Shown: in pieces, positions 47,455 through 57,892 of the stretch | How the letters are laid out: the number at the start of each line of letters is the position of its first letter | How positions within the stretch are numbered: the stretch's first letter is position 1 | NCBI GenBank assembly: GCA_029287355.1 | Contig: JARFRH010000054.1 | Location: forward strand, 10,533 to 74,532 | Source: Maribacter sp. | GTDB lineage: Bacteria > Bacteroidota > Bacteroidia > Flavobacteriales > Flavobacteriaceae | Length of the DNA: 64,000 nucleotides | Direction of reading: 5' to 3' | Translations under genes and position numbers: made by a program | Notes under the pieces: model-generated | Database searches by the model: none | What the model was told of the DNA's origin: nothing | The model's input: only the letters and a program-made list of their open reading frames with translations

Positions 47455-49314
47455 TTAGTCTTTAGGCATTGCCTTAGGCTCCCATATATTGTTTTCCGCC
47501 TTCACATCGGCCATTAATTGAGATGGGTCGATCATGATGCCTTTGATATCCTCTATGGGGCGATCAACGGTAAAACCATAAGTCGTGTTTGTCCATGGCC
47601 AATCTTTCAAAACGGTACGTTTCAACTGTGGATATGGATTCTCTTTTTCACCGCGCATCATACGTAATGGCGCGTAAAAAGTCTCTTGAGTGCCATCCTT
47701 ATAAACCACTAAGATGTCAACTGGCATTGGCATGAGCCCGATTCGTTCCATTTCTATTTTCGTTTTGTTTCCGTCGGCGACGACTTCTTTGATGCCATAA
47801 TCGATGGTATTTGTTGTCTGAGTCCAATCCATAAGGTACCAGTCCAATTCCATTCCCGAGACCTTTTCAGCAGTTCGTTTAATATCATTGGGTACAGGGT
47901 GTTTGAACTTGAAATCGGCATAATATTTTCGAACGGTTTCCATAAGTTTGTCTTGACCGATTACGTAGCCTAGCTGCGATAAGAAGATGGCGCCTTTGCT
48001 GTAGGCGGAAATTCCATAAGCGGAGTTAGAATCGTATCGATCGGCATGAGTGGCCTGTGGCTGCTCTTTTCCTGAGTTCACCAAATAGTAATATCCTTCA
48101 TAGGAATTCTCAAAAGGGTTGTCCTTATTCTGTTCACGGATTTCATTACTACATAGTGCAGAAATAAAAGAAGTAAAACCTTCATCCATCCATTCATGTT
48201 TAGCCTCGTTGGTCGCTAGAACATGTTGGAACCATGAGTGGGCCAGCTCGTGAATCATGGTGCCAATGACACTGCCCGGTTTATCTCCGCCGGTAATCAA
48301 AGTTGCCATGGCATACTCCATTCCACCATCTCCGCCTTGAATCACCGAATATTGGTCATATGGGTATTCACCGATATTCTTGTTGAAAAAGCGCATTGCT
48401 TTTTCAGTTAATGGCTGAACTTTGGTCCATGTATCCCTAAACTTCTCATCGTTTTTGTACAAGAAATGAAGTGTTGGCCCATCTTCCATCTGCAAAGTAT
48501 CGTGTACGTATTCAGGGTCAGCGGCCCACATGAAATCATGCACCATTGGTGCTTTAAAATGCCAAGTCAAGGTTTTGCCTTTTTGCTTCTTTACTTTTGA
48601 ACCAACAGCTTCATAGCCATGGCCAATTTCTTGAGGGTTTTGCAAGTAACCCGTGCCTCCAACTATATAATCCTTATCTATGGTCAACTTTACATCGAAA
48701 TCTCCCCAAACGCCATGAAATTCACGCGCGATGTAAGGATCGGCGTGCCATCCTTCGAAATCATACTCCGCTAATTTTGGGTACCATTGACTCATGGATA
48801 ATGCCACGCCATCTTTATTGTTTCGCCCAGAACGACGAATCTGAACTGGTACCTGCCCCTTGAAATGCATTTCGAAAGTTGTTTGTGCTCCGGAAGGAAT
48901 TGGTTTCACCAAGTCCACCACCAAAACCGTTCCTTCTTCTGAAAAGGTCGCATCGGCCCCGTCTTGCCTAAGAGAAGTAGGATGTAAATAACCGATTTCG
49001 CTTTCCTTCAAAACAGCAATTCTACTTGATCTGTTTTCCTTGGTCATTCGACCATCGGGATCAGCTATGTTTTGCAAACGCATATCCATTTCACTGCCTG
49101 GTTGAAAAGCATTGAAGTACAAATGATAGTAAACCCGTGTTAATTCGTCGGGCGAATTGTTTGTGTATACGAGTTGTTGCGTGCCCGTATATTGGAAATT
49201 TTCGACGTTCATATCGACTTCCATCGTATAATCGACATGTTGCTGCCAATAGGAAGTATTTTGGGCAAAGCCAATTGCCGAAACGAAAAGTGCGAGTATG
49301 ATTAATTTCTTCAT
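47455..49314 (-). CDS. M1 family metallo-aminopeptidase
   Basis: YWQQHVDY, GGMEY, HELAH...WMDEG (HExxH-E) and AYSKG; signal peptide. Confidence 0.93.
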   Translation of the reverse strand: MKKLIILALFVSAIGFAQNTSYWQQHVDYTMEVDMNVENFQYTGTQQLVYTNNSPDELTRVYYHLYFNAFQPGSEMDMRLQNIADPDGRMTKENRSSRIAVLKESEIGYLHPTSLRQDGADATFSEEGTVLVVDLVKPIPSGAQTTFEMHFKGQVPVQIRRSGRNNKDGVALSMSQWYPKLAEYDFEGWHADPYIAREFHGVWGDFDVKLTIDKDYIVGGTGYLQNPQEIGHGYEAVGSKVKKQKGKTLTWHFKAPMVHDFMWAADPEYVHDTLQMEDGPTLHFLYKNDEKFRDTWTKVQPLTEKAMRFFNKNIGEYPYDQYSVIQGGDGGMEYAMATLITGGDKPGSVIGTMIHELAHSWFQHVLATNEAKHEWMDEGFTSFISALCSNEIREQNKDNPFENSYEGYYYLVNSGKEQPQATHADRYDSNSAYGISAYSKGAIFLSQLGYVIGQDKLMETVRKYYADFKFKHPVPNDIKRTAEKVSGMELDWYLMDWTQTTNTIDYGIKEVVADGNKTKIEMERIGLMPMPVDILVVYKDGTQETFYAPLRMMRGEKENPYPQLKRTVLKDWPWTNTTYGFTVDRPIEDIKGIMIDPSQLMADVKAENNIWEPKAMPKD

Positions 49315-49327
49315 AAAAAATAAGGTA

Positions 49328-50959
49328 TTATAATTTGATTTTCCCGGCTGAAACCCTTTGGGCCATAATCAGGGCGTTATAGGCATTCGCTATTCTTCCT
49401 GATGTGGAGATTTCATCCAAGGTAGCCGTTTTTTCCGCTTCACCGCCCAAGATTACTTTTGCCTTAATAGGTAAACCGGATTTCATAATGATTTTTTTCA
49501 CTTGGGAAGCGGATAATTTTGGGTACTGTGAACGAATTAAAGCAGCCACACCCGCCACTCCTGGGGCAGCCATAGAAGTGCCAGGAGAATATTCGTAGGT
49601 GTTTTTCGGAAAGGTAGAGTAGATATCGGTACCGGGAGCAAAAACATCCACATTGATCTTTCCATAATTGGAATAGTCTGCGACCAAAGTTGAGCCATAT
49701 TTTGGGTCCAGGGCACCTACCGTAATCATGTTGTCTGCTATTTCAGGGCCATTATTTATCTGATCATTCGGAAAATTCGGATTGCTTGGGTCGTCTAGGT
49801 TCGCCCCGTCATTACCTGCTGCATGAACAAAAAGTACATCTTTCGAAGCGGCATATTTTATGGCCTCGTAAACCCAATCGGCATTAGGTGAAAAGGCTTT
49901 CCCGAAACTTCCATTGATGATTTTAGCACCATTATCAACGGCATACCGAATACCCAAGGCAATATCTTTGTCATATTCATCACCATTGGGGACAGCACGA
50001 ACACTCATGATTTTTACATTGTTGGCAACTCCGTTTGCACCTTTACCATTGTTGCGCTCCGCAGCAATAATTCCTGCAACATGGGTTCCATGGCTTTCAT
50101 CCATACCAGTACTTTGAGGATTTCCATTGCCGTAATTACGATTATTAAAATCGTACGGATCATCACCGACGACTATTCTGCCATCAAAGTTTACATTGTA
50201 ATGGTAATTCACTTGGTCAGAAAAGTGCTTTATACCCTCACCAAGTTCTTCGATTACATCAGGAATAGTATCATTAAAGGTATACATCTGCATTAAAACA
50301 TAGACATGTTGCCTTATTGCCGGGTCTTCCGATTTGATTCCGGAAACCTCTTTTTTGGTGTAAGCGTCTTTTCCTAATAGCTTTTTAACCGCGGCATCGG
50401 CACTTTTTACCACCTGAAGTATTTGTTCGGATTGCTGTTTGTTTTGAACTGCTTTGGCATATTCTTCATCAACTTTTGCCTTCGCCTTAGCTTGCATGGC
50501 GGCATCGCCAATTTTGAGTTTTACGATACGGGCCGCTTCCAGTTGTTCGTTGTAAGAATCTCCAAGAAAATTCCATCCATGAATATCATCCACATAACCA
50601 TTGTTATCATTATCTTTTCCATCTCCTGCTCTTTCGCCCCTATTCGTCCAAAGTACACCATCGAGATCTTCGTGCTTTAAATCTATCCCTGAGTCAAGAA
50701 CCGCTACGATGACCGTTTTTCCTTTTTTACTTCCAATGATTTCTTTATAGGCCTTGTCAATACTCATTCCGGGAATGGTATCCGCAACCAAATCTAAATG
50801 CCCCCAGTTCTTTTTCTGGGCCTCCGAGAGGTCACTTACTTTTAAAGGAGTTGCATCTATATTCGCAATAGGGGTAACCACCATAGTCGTAGCAGCGCAT
50901 GCGGTAAGCAAGACGGCCACGGAAAATCCGAAAAAAGACCTAAAAAATAAGCGTGTCAT
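49328..50959 (-). CDS. S8 (subtilase) family serine peptidase lipoprotein
   Basis: VAVLDSG, HGTHVAG, AAGND and GTSMAAP; lipobox-like LTAC. Confidence 0.93.
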   Translation of the reverse strand: MTRLFFRSFFGFSVAVLLTACAATTMVVTPIANIDATPLKVSDLSEAQKKNWGHLDLVADTIPGMSIDKAYKEIIGSKKGKTVIVAVLDSGIDLKHEDLDGVLWTNRGERAGDGKDNDNNGYVDDIHGWNFLGDSYNEQLEAARIVKLKIGDAAMQAKAKAKVDEEYAKAVQNKQQSEQILQVVKSADAAVKKLLGKDAYTKKEVSGIKSEDPAIRQHVYVLMQMYTFNDTIPDVIEELGEGIKHFSDQVNYHYNVNFDGRIVVGDDPYDFNNRNYGNGNPQSTGMDESHGTHVAGIIAAERNNGKGANGVANNVKIMSVRAVPNGDEYDKDIALGIRYAVDNGAKIINGSFGKAFSPNADWVYEAIKYAASKDVLFVHAAGNDGANLDDPSNPNFPNDQINNGPEIADNMITVGALDPKYGSTLVADYSNYGKINVDVFAPGTDIYSTFPKNTYEYSPGTSMAAPGVAGVAALIRSQYPKLSASQVKKIIMKSGLPIKAKVILGGEAEKTATLDEISTSGRIANAYNALIMAQRVSAGKIKL

Positions 50960-50977
50960 ATACTTATATTATTTGAT

Positions 50978-51883
50978 TTAGTGTATTCTTTTATAGTAAG
51001 CGCCTGCATGGTCCGCCTCAAAAACTTCGAAACAACCTCTATCCGCCATGGTTACAAAGCAGGTTTTCCCATTTTTGCCGCCAAAGGCGATATTCGATGG
51101 TTTTTTACCTTTTAACCGAATCTCTTTAATGATGTTTCCTTCAGGGGATACTATTGCAACGGTGCCCTTATCGTATCGGGTTACATAAAGATTACCCTTT
51201 TCATCGCAACGCATACCATCCATTCCGAAGTCTGCAAAAACAAGAAATTTGGTTTTGTCGGTGATTTGGCCATCTTCGGTAATATCATATTTCCAAATGT
51301 TTCGCTGTACAGATTCATTGACATACAAATGCTGTCCGTCAGGGCTTACTTCAATGCCATTGGTCGTGCCCATATCCGTCTCCAGTAAAACAATTTCACT
51401 GGAGGGATTCACCATCCAAATCTGGCCCGAATTTTCACTCCAGTTCGGATCACTTAGATAAATAGTGCCATTTGGCGCAATCGCCAAATCATTAGGTTGA
51501 TTCATATTGGGATTGTGTGCCCAAACGATTATTTCTGTGGAATCTTTTTTTACCTGCAAAACATTGTGTCCGATATAATCCGCAATAAACATATTGCCAT
51601 CTAAATCAAAACGTATGCCATTACCAATACTCTTGCCAGGGAGTTTTACAAAAACCGAACCCTCTCCTTTAGTATTAACTTTGCCAATAGTACCATCTTT
51701 GCCGAAGTTTACCGCATAGAGGCTTCCCTCATGGTCAACCGCAGGCCCCTCAATTCCGGCCGTAAAGGAGTTTTCCTCAGTAAAATCAACGCTTTGGACC
51801 CTTTGTGAGAAGCAGGATTGAAGCTGAAACATCAATAAAACACCGAATAGTATAGTATAAGAAAGTCTACTTGAAGAGTTCAT
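50978..51883 (-). CDS. SMP-30/gluconolactonase family protein (exported)
   Basis: IEGPAVD, GNGIRF, QPNDLAI, TNGIEVS, MDGMRCD and PSNIAFGG. Start placed at ATG 51883 to limit overlap with the upstream gene (51901 is an alternative). Confidence 0.82.
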   Translation of the reverse strand: MNSSSRLSYTILFGVLLMFQLQSCFSQRVQSVDFTEENSFTAGIEGPAVDHEGSLYAVNFGKDGTIGKVNTKGEGSVFVKLPGKSIGNGIRFDLDGNMFIADYIGHNVLQVKKDSTEIIVWAHNPNMNQPNDLAIAPNGTIYLSDPNWSENSGQIWMVNPSSEIVLLETDMGTTNGIEVSPDGQHLYVNESVQRNIWKYDITEDGQITDKTKFLVFADFGMDGMRCDEKGNLYVTRYDKGTVAIVSPEGNIIKEIRLKGKKPSNIAFGGKNGKTCFVTMADRGCFEVFEADHAGAYYKRIH

Positions 51884-52727
51884 CAAAACTAAATATTTCA
51901 TTGAGGCGCACGCCTTTTTCTGAATTTTGCAAGGTACAAATTTCGTTGTGGGCATCATGCTCTAAAAACAAATAATAGCCTTTCTCAACAGCCGTATTCA
52001 TAAAGCTGGTTTTTTCTTCCATCGTCAATAAGGGTCTTGTGTCGTAACTGGTACAATAGGCCACGGGAATATGCCCAACCGTTGGGACTAAATCAGCAGT
52101 AAAAACCAGAGTCTTACCCTTGTACTTGACATGGGGTATCATTTGTTTTTCGGTATGACCATCAGCAAATAGAATGTCAAAACCAAGTTCCGAGTTTTCT
52201 AGGAACATTTTTTTACCTCGCGATACGAATTTGAGCTGTCCGCTTTCTTCCATGGGTAACAGGTTTTCCCTTAAAAACGACGGCTTTTCACGAACATTTG
52301 GTTTTATGGCCCAATTCCAGTGATTTTCATCTGTCCAAAAAGTGGCATTTTTAAAAGCGGGTTCAAATGCTGTTCGGTCGCTGTTCCATTGAATGCTACC
52401 ACCACAATGGTCGAAATGCAAATGGGTCATAAACACATCGGTGATATCATCGCGGTGAAAACCATGTTTTGCCAATGATTTATCCAAGGTAAAATCACCC
52501 CAGCGATAGTAATACCCGAAAAACTTATCCGATTGTTTGTCGCCCAATCCGGTGTCAATCAAAATTAGACGGTCGCCCTCTTCTATCAACAAACTTCGCG
52601 CGGCGATATCAATTAGATTATTGCTATCCGCAGGATTTGTTTTTTGCCAAATGACCTTCGGAACGATACTGAACATGGCACCACCGTCGAGCCTAAAGTT
52701 ACCTGTTTCTATGGGGTAGATTTGCAT
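51867..52727 (-). CDS. MBL-fold metallo-hydrolase (YtnP-like)
   Basis: FRLDGGAMF, LIDTG, THLHFDHCGG (HxHxDH) and GHT. Start moved to MQIYPIETG at 52727. Confidence 0.9.
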   Translation of the reverse strand: MQIYPIETGNFRLDGGAMFSIVPKVIWQKTNPADSNNLIDIAARSLLIEEGDRLILIDTGLGDKQSDKFFGYYYRWGDFTLDKSLAKHGFHRDDITDVFMTHLHFDHCGGSIQWNSDRTAFEPAFKNATFWTDENHWNWAIKPNVREKPSFLRENLLPMEESGQLKFVSRGKKMFLENSELGFDILFADGHTEKQMIPHVKYKGKTLVFTADLVPTVGHIPVAYCTSYDTRPLLTMEEKTSFMNTAVEKGYYLFLEHDAHNEICTLQNSEKGVRLNEIFSFDELFK

Positions 52728-52732
52728 AGGCA

Positions 52733-52740
52733 CAAAATTA
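52733..52740 (-). promoter_or_regulatory. -7 promoter element just upstream of the MBL gene
   Basis: Minus strand reads TAATTTTG, 5 nt before the ATG at 52727. Confidence 0.55.
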
Positions 52741-52755
52741 CGTAAATGAATGGTA

Positions 52756-54987
52756 TTAAATAGATTCTCGAGTTGATACCAACTGAACAAGTTGACAAAA
52801 TTGTTTCCCGAAATAGAGCATTGCTTTAATTTCTTGAACACTCAAGAGCCGTTCTTTTTTTAAAATAAGTAAAGCCGAACCATTTGACTCAATATGATAA
52901 TAAGGATGACTTTCTAAAAATAGAATAAGGTCATCCGTGAATACGTTCCGAATTTCTTCGGGGTTTTCACCACTTAAATAAAAACGTTTATTAAAATCCG
53001 GGTGATTGTCCAAATCAATATCCCTGAAACCGGCCAATCCGTAAATAAATTCCAACAAACCCTCCTTATCCAAAGTAAAAATCGGGATTTTGTTCTGAAG
53101 CTGAATGTGCATTACCGTGGTTTTTACGACTTCTCGAGCGATAAATGCGCCTTCCGTGAATTCAACATCGAAGAGCTTGAAGTTTTGCTCCTTGTTGGCC
53201 AAGGTATTATATAAATAAGGGATTTGCCTTGTTCTAAAAAACACGAAATTCTTTAAAAAACCAGTATTCGTATTTTTCTGCGGTAAATAAGACCAGTGAA
53301 ATTCCTTTGCTGTGGTTTTAAGCAAATCTTGCCTCTTGGTAAAATAGCGATCAATAGGGTTCAGTTTTGCCAGAGGCAGTATTTTTCGAATCGCAAAAGG
53401 ATGTCTTGAATCAGCACCATGTTTATCTAATCCTATGATTTCTATAGTCCCGCCTTTCATAGAGAAGGTCTCCGTATAATTTTCCAAGCCTTCCATAACC
53501 GTATGGTCAACGAAGTTGCACATTGAAAAGTCTAGAACAATATTTTGGTTCTCAGGAATTACGTCCAACTTATTTTTGAGCTTATAGAAATTAAGAAAAC
53601 TGCAGAAGTACTTTACACTCACATAGTAATTATCACCATCGGCCTCTTTGAACATCAAAATATTAGGTTTGACCATATGGTTCAAGAACAAGGAAATACT
53701 TTTATTTAGTAACACATGTATTATAAAGGTTACTAAAATGCCGGCGCTAATACCTGTAATGAGATTGGTGAAAAGCGTTGTAAACAGGGTTGTCAGAAAA
53801 ATCACAATTTGTTCCCTACCTATTTTGGCTATTTTACGAAAGGTTTTCGGAGTGGCGAGCTTATACCCGGTATAAACCAAAATGGCAGCTAAGGCAGCAA
53901 GAGGAATTCGTTTGAGCTGTTCTTGAAATAAGAGCACGAAGGCCACTAAAAATAAGGCATGAAAAAGGTTGGAAGATTTATTTGTTGCACCATTATTGAC
54001 ATTTACCGAGCTTCTGGCAATCACGGTCACAACATTCAGCCCCCCTAAAAAACCACTTATGGCGGTGGCAATACCAAGGGCTTTCAAATCCTTATTTACG
54101 TTTGAGCGTCTTGCCAAGGGGTCTAATTTATCTACAGCCTTAATGCTCAATAGCGATTCTATACTTGCAATTAAGGTGATGGCAAAAACAGCTATGATGA
54201 AGTTTTTTTGGAGCATTATACTGAAGTCGGGAAAAGCAAGACTTGAGACAACATTATCGGGGATATTAACTAAATAACCCTCCGACATTGGATATGGAAT
54301 ATTAACACCTGAAAAAACGTAGCTGAAGGCAATAGACAGAATCAGTATCCACATAGGTGCCGGAATCAGTTGAAAATATTTGTTGCGAAGTTTTGAATAA
54401 AAAATCATAATGAGCAATGCCAACACGCCAATGCCGGCTGCAATGAGCTCTTCGAGATAATAATCTTGATACAAATTGAAAATGCCATTTGGAATTTGAG
54501 CTAAGAGCGATATGATGCTGCCGTGTTCATTATTATGCCCTATCATAATATGAAATTGCTTGGCCAAAATTCCGAGCCCTATGGCGGCCAACATACCTTC
54601 AATTGCAGAAGCCGGAAAGAAATCGGATAATCTCCCCATCTTTAAAAAGCCTAGAAGAAGCATTAAAACACCCGAAAACACGATGGCTGCCAAGGTAAAT
54701 AAATAACCCTGATAGAGGTCACCGTTCCCCAAGGTCGAAATAGCCCCTAACAACACTATGACGAGGCCATTTCCAGGTCCTGCTATAGTGACATTCGAAC
54801 CCCCTAGTATGGACATCATCACACCACCCACAACAGCGGCAATGATACCCGAAATCGGAGGCGCTTCACTTGCGAGGGCCAAACCCAGCCCTAGCGGTAG
54901 GGCAACCAAAGAAACTACAAAACCAGAAAATATATTCTTGGGCAGTGCCTTCATAAAATTGGTTGTGCGGTTGGTTTTTGCGGTCAA
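52756..54987 (-). CDS. SulP/SLC26 family anion transporter with STAS-like region and C-terminal extension
   Basis: SGFVVSLVALPLGLGLALAS, IAGPGNG, ASIESLLS, VIARSSVN and IPLAALAAILV; VLDFSMCNFVDHT is STAS-like. The TTG start overlaps the USP stop (ATG 54954 is an alternative). Confidence 0.9.
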   Translation of the reverse strand: MTAKTNRTTNFMKALPKNIFSGFVVSLVALPLGLGLALASEAPPISGIIAAVVGGVMMSILGGSNVTIAGPGNGLVIVLLGAISTLGNGDLYQGYLFTLAAIVFSGVLMLLLGFLKMGRLSDFFPASAIEGMLAAIGLGILAKQFHIMIGHNNEHGSIISLLAQIPNGIFNLYQDYYLEELIAAGIGVLALLIMIFYSKLRNKYFQLIPAPMWILILSIAFSYVFSGVNIPYPMSEGYLVNIPDNVVSSLAFPDFSIMLQKNFIIAVFAITLIASIESLLSIKAVDKLDPLARRSNVNKDLKALGIATAISGFLGGLNVVTVIARSSVNVNNGATNKSSNLFHALFLVAFVLLFQEQLKRIPLAALAAILVYTGYKLATPKTFRKIAKIGREQIVIFLTTLFTTLFTNLITGISAGILVTFIIHVLLNKSISLFLNHMVKPNILMFKEADGDNYYVSVKYFCSFLNFYKLKNKLDVIPENQNIVLDFSMCNFVDHTVMEGLENYTETFSMKGGTIEIIGLDKHGADSRHPFAIRKILPLAKLNPIDRYFTKRQDLLKTTAKEFHWSYLPQKNTNTGFLKNFVFFRTRQIPYLYNTLANKEQNFKLFDVEFTEGAFIAREVVKTTVMHIQLQNKIPIFTLDKEGLLEFIYGLAGFRDIDLDNHPDFNKRFYLSGENPEEIRNVFTDDLILFLESHPYYHIESNGSALLILKKERLLSVQEIKAMLYFGKQFCQLVQLVSTRESI

Positions 54988-55847
54988 TTTCTCTCTCTTA
55001 TGATTAATAGGTCTGTTGGAAGATCTGACAAGATGTATTCAATATCATGGGGGAAAATTCGGTCTAGAAGTCCGGTTTTTGTAGGAGCGTTCATCACGAG
55101 TAAATCAGCCCTTACAACTTCGGCATAATGACCGATAGAATAACCTCGTTTACCAAAAATACTTTGGGTTTTCACCTTGATATTTTTGGTCAAATAATCA
55201 GGCAAATCGGCAATAATTTTTCGTACTCTTGACTCTTCCCTCATCTTAAGTCGTTCTTTGACGAGATTTGCTTTTTTTAGGGAGCGGTCGTCCTCAACAA
55301 CTACCTTTATTTCTTTTTGTAGTATTTCTTCAACAACGGTCAGTTGTTGCGCTCCAAGGGCGTTGGCAACATAGAAGGCATCTGTAATGGCCAGAGAAGT
55401 CTCAGGGGCATCTAGGCCATTGACCACAACATGTTTACAAGGGACCCGTTCCTCAGAAGGCTTAATGAGTAGTAGTACTGAACAACAGACGTTACGAGTC
55501 AATTTTCTTGCAATTGAACCCACATAAAACTGAAATACATTCTCATGCTGCATGGCACCTAAAACCAATAGGTCAATAGCGGTATTTTCACAGGTGTTCA
55601 GAATAATATCGGATGGTTTACCAACCTTCCATTGGATTTCAATGGGGAGTTCGGGATATTCCGTTTTTTTTAAAATCGCATCAAGTTGTAACAGTTTTTC
55701 ATCCGTTTTTTCACCTACATGAAGCAATACCAACTTTGCCCCGAAATAATGGGCAATTCGAGTCGTTTCCATGAGGTTTGCAAGCAGTGAGGGAGAAAAT
55801 GCAAAACCGAAGAGAATAGTCTTAAAAGGTTTTATGCTATCTGGCAT
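54984..55847 (-). CDS. Universal stress protein (tandem USP domains)
   Basis: FKTIL, LVLLHV, IDLLVLG...GSIARKL..CSVLLL and ADLLVM...LPTDLLII. Confidence 0.85.
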   Translation of the reverse strand: MPDSIKPFKTILFGFAFSPSLLANLMETTRIAHYFGAKLVLLHVGEKTDEKLLQLDAILKKTEYPELPIEIQWKVGKPSDIILNTCENTAIDLLVLGAMQHENVFQFYVGSIARKLTRNVCCSVLLLIKPSEERVPCKHVVVNGLDAPETSLAITDAFYVANALGAQQLTVVEEILQKEIKVVVEDDRSLKKANLVKERLKMREESRVRKIIADLPDYLTKNIKVKTQSIFGKRGYSIGHYAEVVRADLLVMNAPTKTGLLDRIFPHDIEYILSDLPTDLLIIRERN

Positions 55848-55976
55848 GAACTGTTGTTGTAGGGCCTAATATAAGATAATAATTATGAAAGAAAACCGTA
55901 TTTTTTATTAGGCAATTCACCTATTTGGTTCTAGGCATTCCATCGGAAAAATGGTATTTTCATCGAAAAATAATTT

Positions 55977-57815
55977 ATGTTAGAGTTGGCGGGAATCATA
56001 ATTCTTGGGATCATCGCCCAGTGGGTAGCTTGGCGCATGAAATTACCGGCTATATTACCACTGATATTAATTGGTCTTTTGGTAGGGCCAATAGCGAGCT
56101 TATATACCGAAGATGGCGGAAAGTTAATTGAGCCGATTTGGACGGGTGAAAAAGGATTATTCCCAGGTGAGGGACTATATTATTTTGTTTCACTGGCAAT
56201 CAGCATTATACTTTTTGAGGGCGGACTAACCTTAAAACGTTCGGAAATTAGAATTGTGGGCCCGGTTATTACCAAGCTTATTACCCTAGGAAGTATGGTC
56301 ACTTTCATTTGTGCGGGTGTAGCAGCACATTTTATTTTTGGATTAAGCTGGCAGATTTCCTTTTTGTTTTCCGCTTTGATAATTGTGACTGGCCCAACGG
56401 TCATAACACCTATTTTGAGAAACATTCCATTGAAAAAAGATATCTCCACTGTTCTGAAATGGGAAGGTATTTTGATTGACCCAATTGGCGCTCTGGTTGC
56501 GGTATTGGTCTTTGAGTTCATCAGTGTCGGTGAAGGACAGGCTTATACGGTAACTGCGCTTATCGAATTTGGAAAGATTTTATTATTCGGAGTCTCCTTC
56601 GGCTTCACCTTTGCCCACGGACTTGCCTTTGCCATTAAAAAGAATCTCATTCCACATTACCTCTTGAACGTGGCGGCCCTATCAGCAGTTCTTTTGGTAT
56701 TTGTGATGTCTGACATTTTCGCTCATGAATCTGGACTTTTAGCAGTTGTAGTTATGGGAATGGTTCTTGGAAATACGGATTTACCCAACTTGAAAGAACT
56801 ACTTTATTTCAAGGAGTCATTGAGCGTTTTATTGATTTCGATTCTGTTCATATTATTGGCTGCCAATATCAATATATCAGATTTGGAGTTGATCTATAGC
56901 TGGAAAACCGTATTGCTTTTTACTATTATTGTTTTCATCATACGCCCTATTGGGGTGTTCTTGAGTTCAGCGGGATCAGAACTCAAATTTAATGAGAAGC
57001 TATTCATCGGCTGGGTAGGCCCAAGAGGAATCGTAGCCGCTGGTATCGCCTCCCTTTTTGGCTCAAAGTTATTAGCCAGAGGAGAACCAGGGGCAGAATA
57101 CATTACACCTTTGGTTTTTATGATTGTACTGGGCACCGTGCTCCTGAACGCTACTACTGCCCGTTACTTTGCTCGAATAGTAGGGGTTTTTTTAAAGAAA
57201 TCAGAAGGAATCGTTATTATCGGTGCCTCAAAAATTTCTAGGATAATAGGGGAATACTTGAAATTGAATAATCGACATGTTGTACTTATCGACAACAACC
57301 AAACTAATATCACAAAGGCCAAACAACTAGGGCTTGAGGCTTTTACCGCAAATGTTTATTCGGATTCATTATCCGATAATATAGAACTGAATGATGTTGG
57401 GTATTTGATGGCCCTCACGGGAAACTCGGATATTAATAAATATGCGGTCAACAAGTTCGGTAAACAATTTGGGGAAAATGGTTCATTTAGGCTGGTGAAT
57501 GCGGATGAGATGAACGACCCCGGGAACAATCCTAAAGAAGGGTTATTTTCCCATACCGATGACTTCATAAAGTTGACGGAAACGGCTAGAAAGTATCCTG
57601 CAGTTCATGAAATCGAATTGAAAGACCAAGCTCATTATGAAGATCTTATTGAAATTACCAAGGCTGACGAAGATATCATCCCCATCTTTCTCAAAACCTT
57701 AGACGGTGACCTAAAGATTATTTCTTCGTATAGCGAGGAATTTACTGATATTAAAGAAGGCTATCAATTGGTGTATTTAGGTAAGTTTTTCGATGTAGAA
57801 GCGAAGGTCTCTTAA
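55977..57815 (+). CDS. CPA1 (NhaP-type) cation:proton antiporter with C-terminal TrkA-N-like domain
   Basis: ILFEGGL, VTGPTVI, WEGILIDP, GPRGIVAA; IIGAS...VVLIDNN. Confidence 0.9.
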   Translation: MLELAGIIILGIIAQWVAWRMKLPAILPLILIGLLVGPIASLYTEDGGKLIEPIWTGEKGLFPGEGLYYFVSLAISIILFEGGLTLKRSEIRIVGPVITKLITLGSMVTFICAGVAAHFIFGLSWQISFLFSALIIVTGPTVITPILRNIPLKKDISTVLKWEGILIDPIGALVAVLVFEFISVGEGQAYTVTALIEFGKILLFGVSFGFTFAHGLAFAIKKNLIPHYLLNVAALSAVLLVFVMSDIFAHESGLLAVVVMGMVLGNTDLPNLKELLYFKESLSVLLISILFILLAANINISDLELIYSWKTVLLFTIIVFIIRPIGVFLSSAGSELKFNEKLFIGWVGPRGIVAAGIASLFGSKLLARGEPGAEYITPLVFMIVLGTVLLNATTARYFARIVGVFLKKSEGIVIIGASKISRIIGEYLKLNNRHVVLIDNNQTNITKAKQLGLEAFTANVYSDSLSDNIELNDVGYLMALTGNSDINKYAVNKFGKQFGENGSFRLVNADEMNDPGNNPKEGLFSHTDDFIKLTETARKYPAVHEIELKDQAHYEDLIEITKADEDIIPIFLKTLDGDLKIISSYSEEFTDIKEGYQLVYLGKFFDVEAKVS

Positions 57816-57892
57816 AACTGCAGAGCAAATTTTTGAGAGGTTTCAAAATTACAGGATGTTTTTTAGTGCTTAGTTTTTCTTTTGACGAGGAA

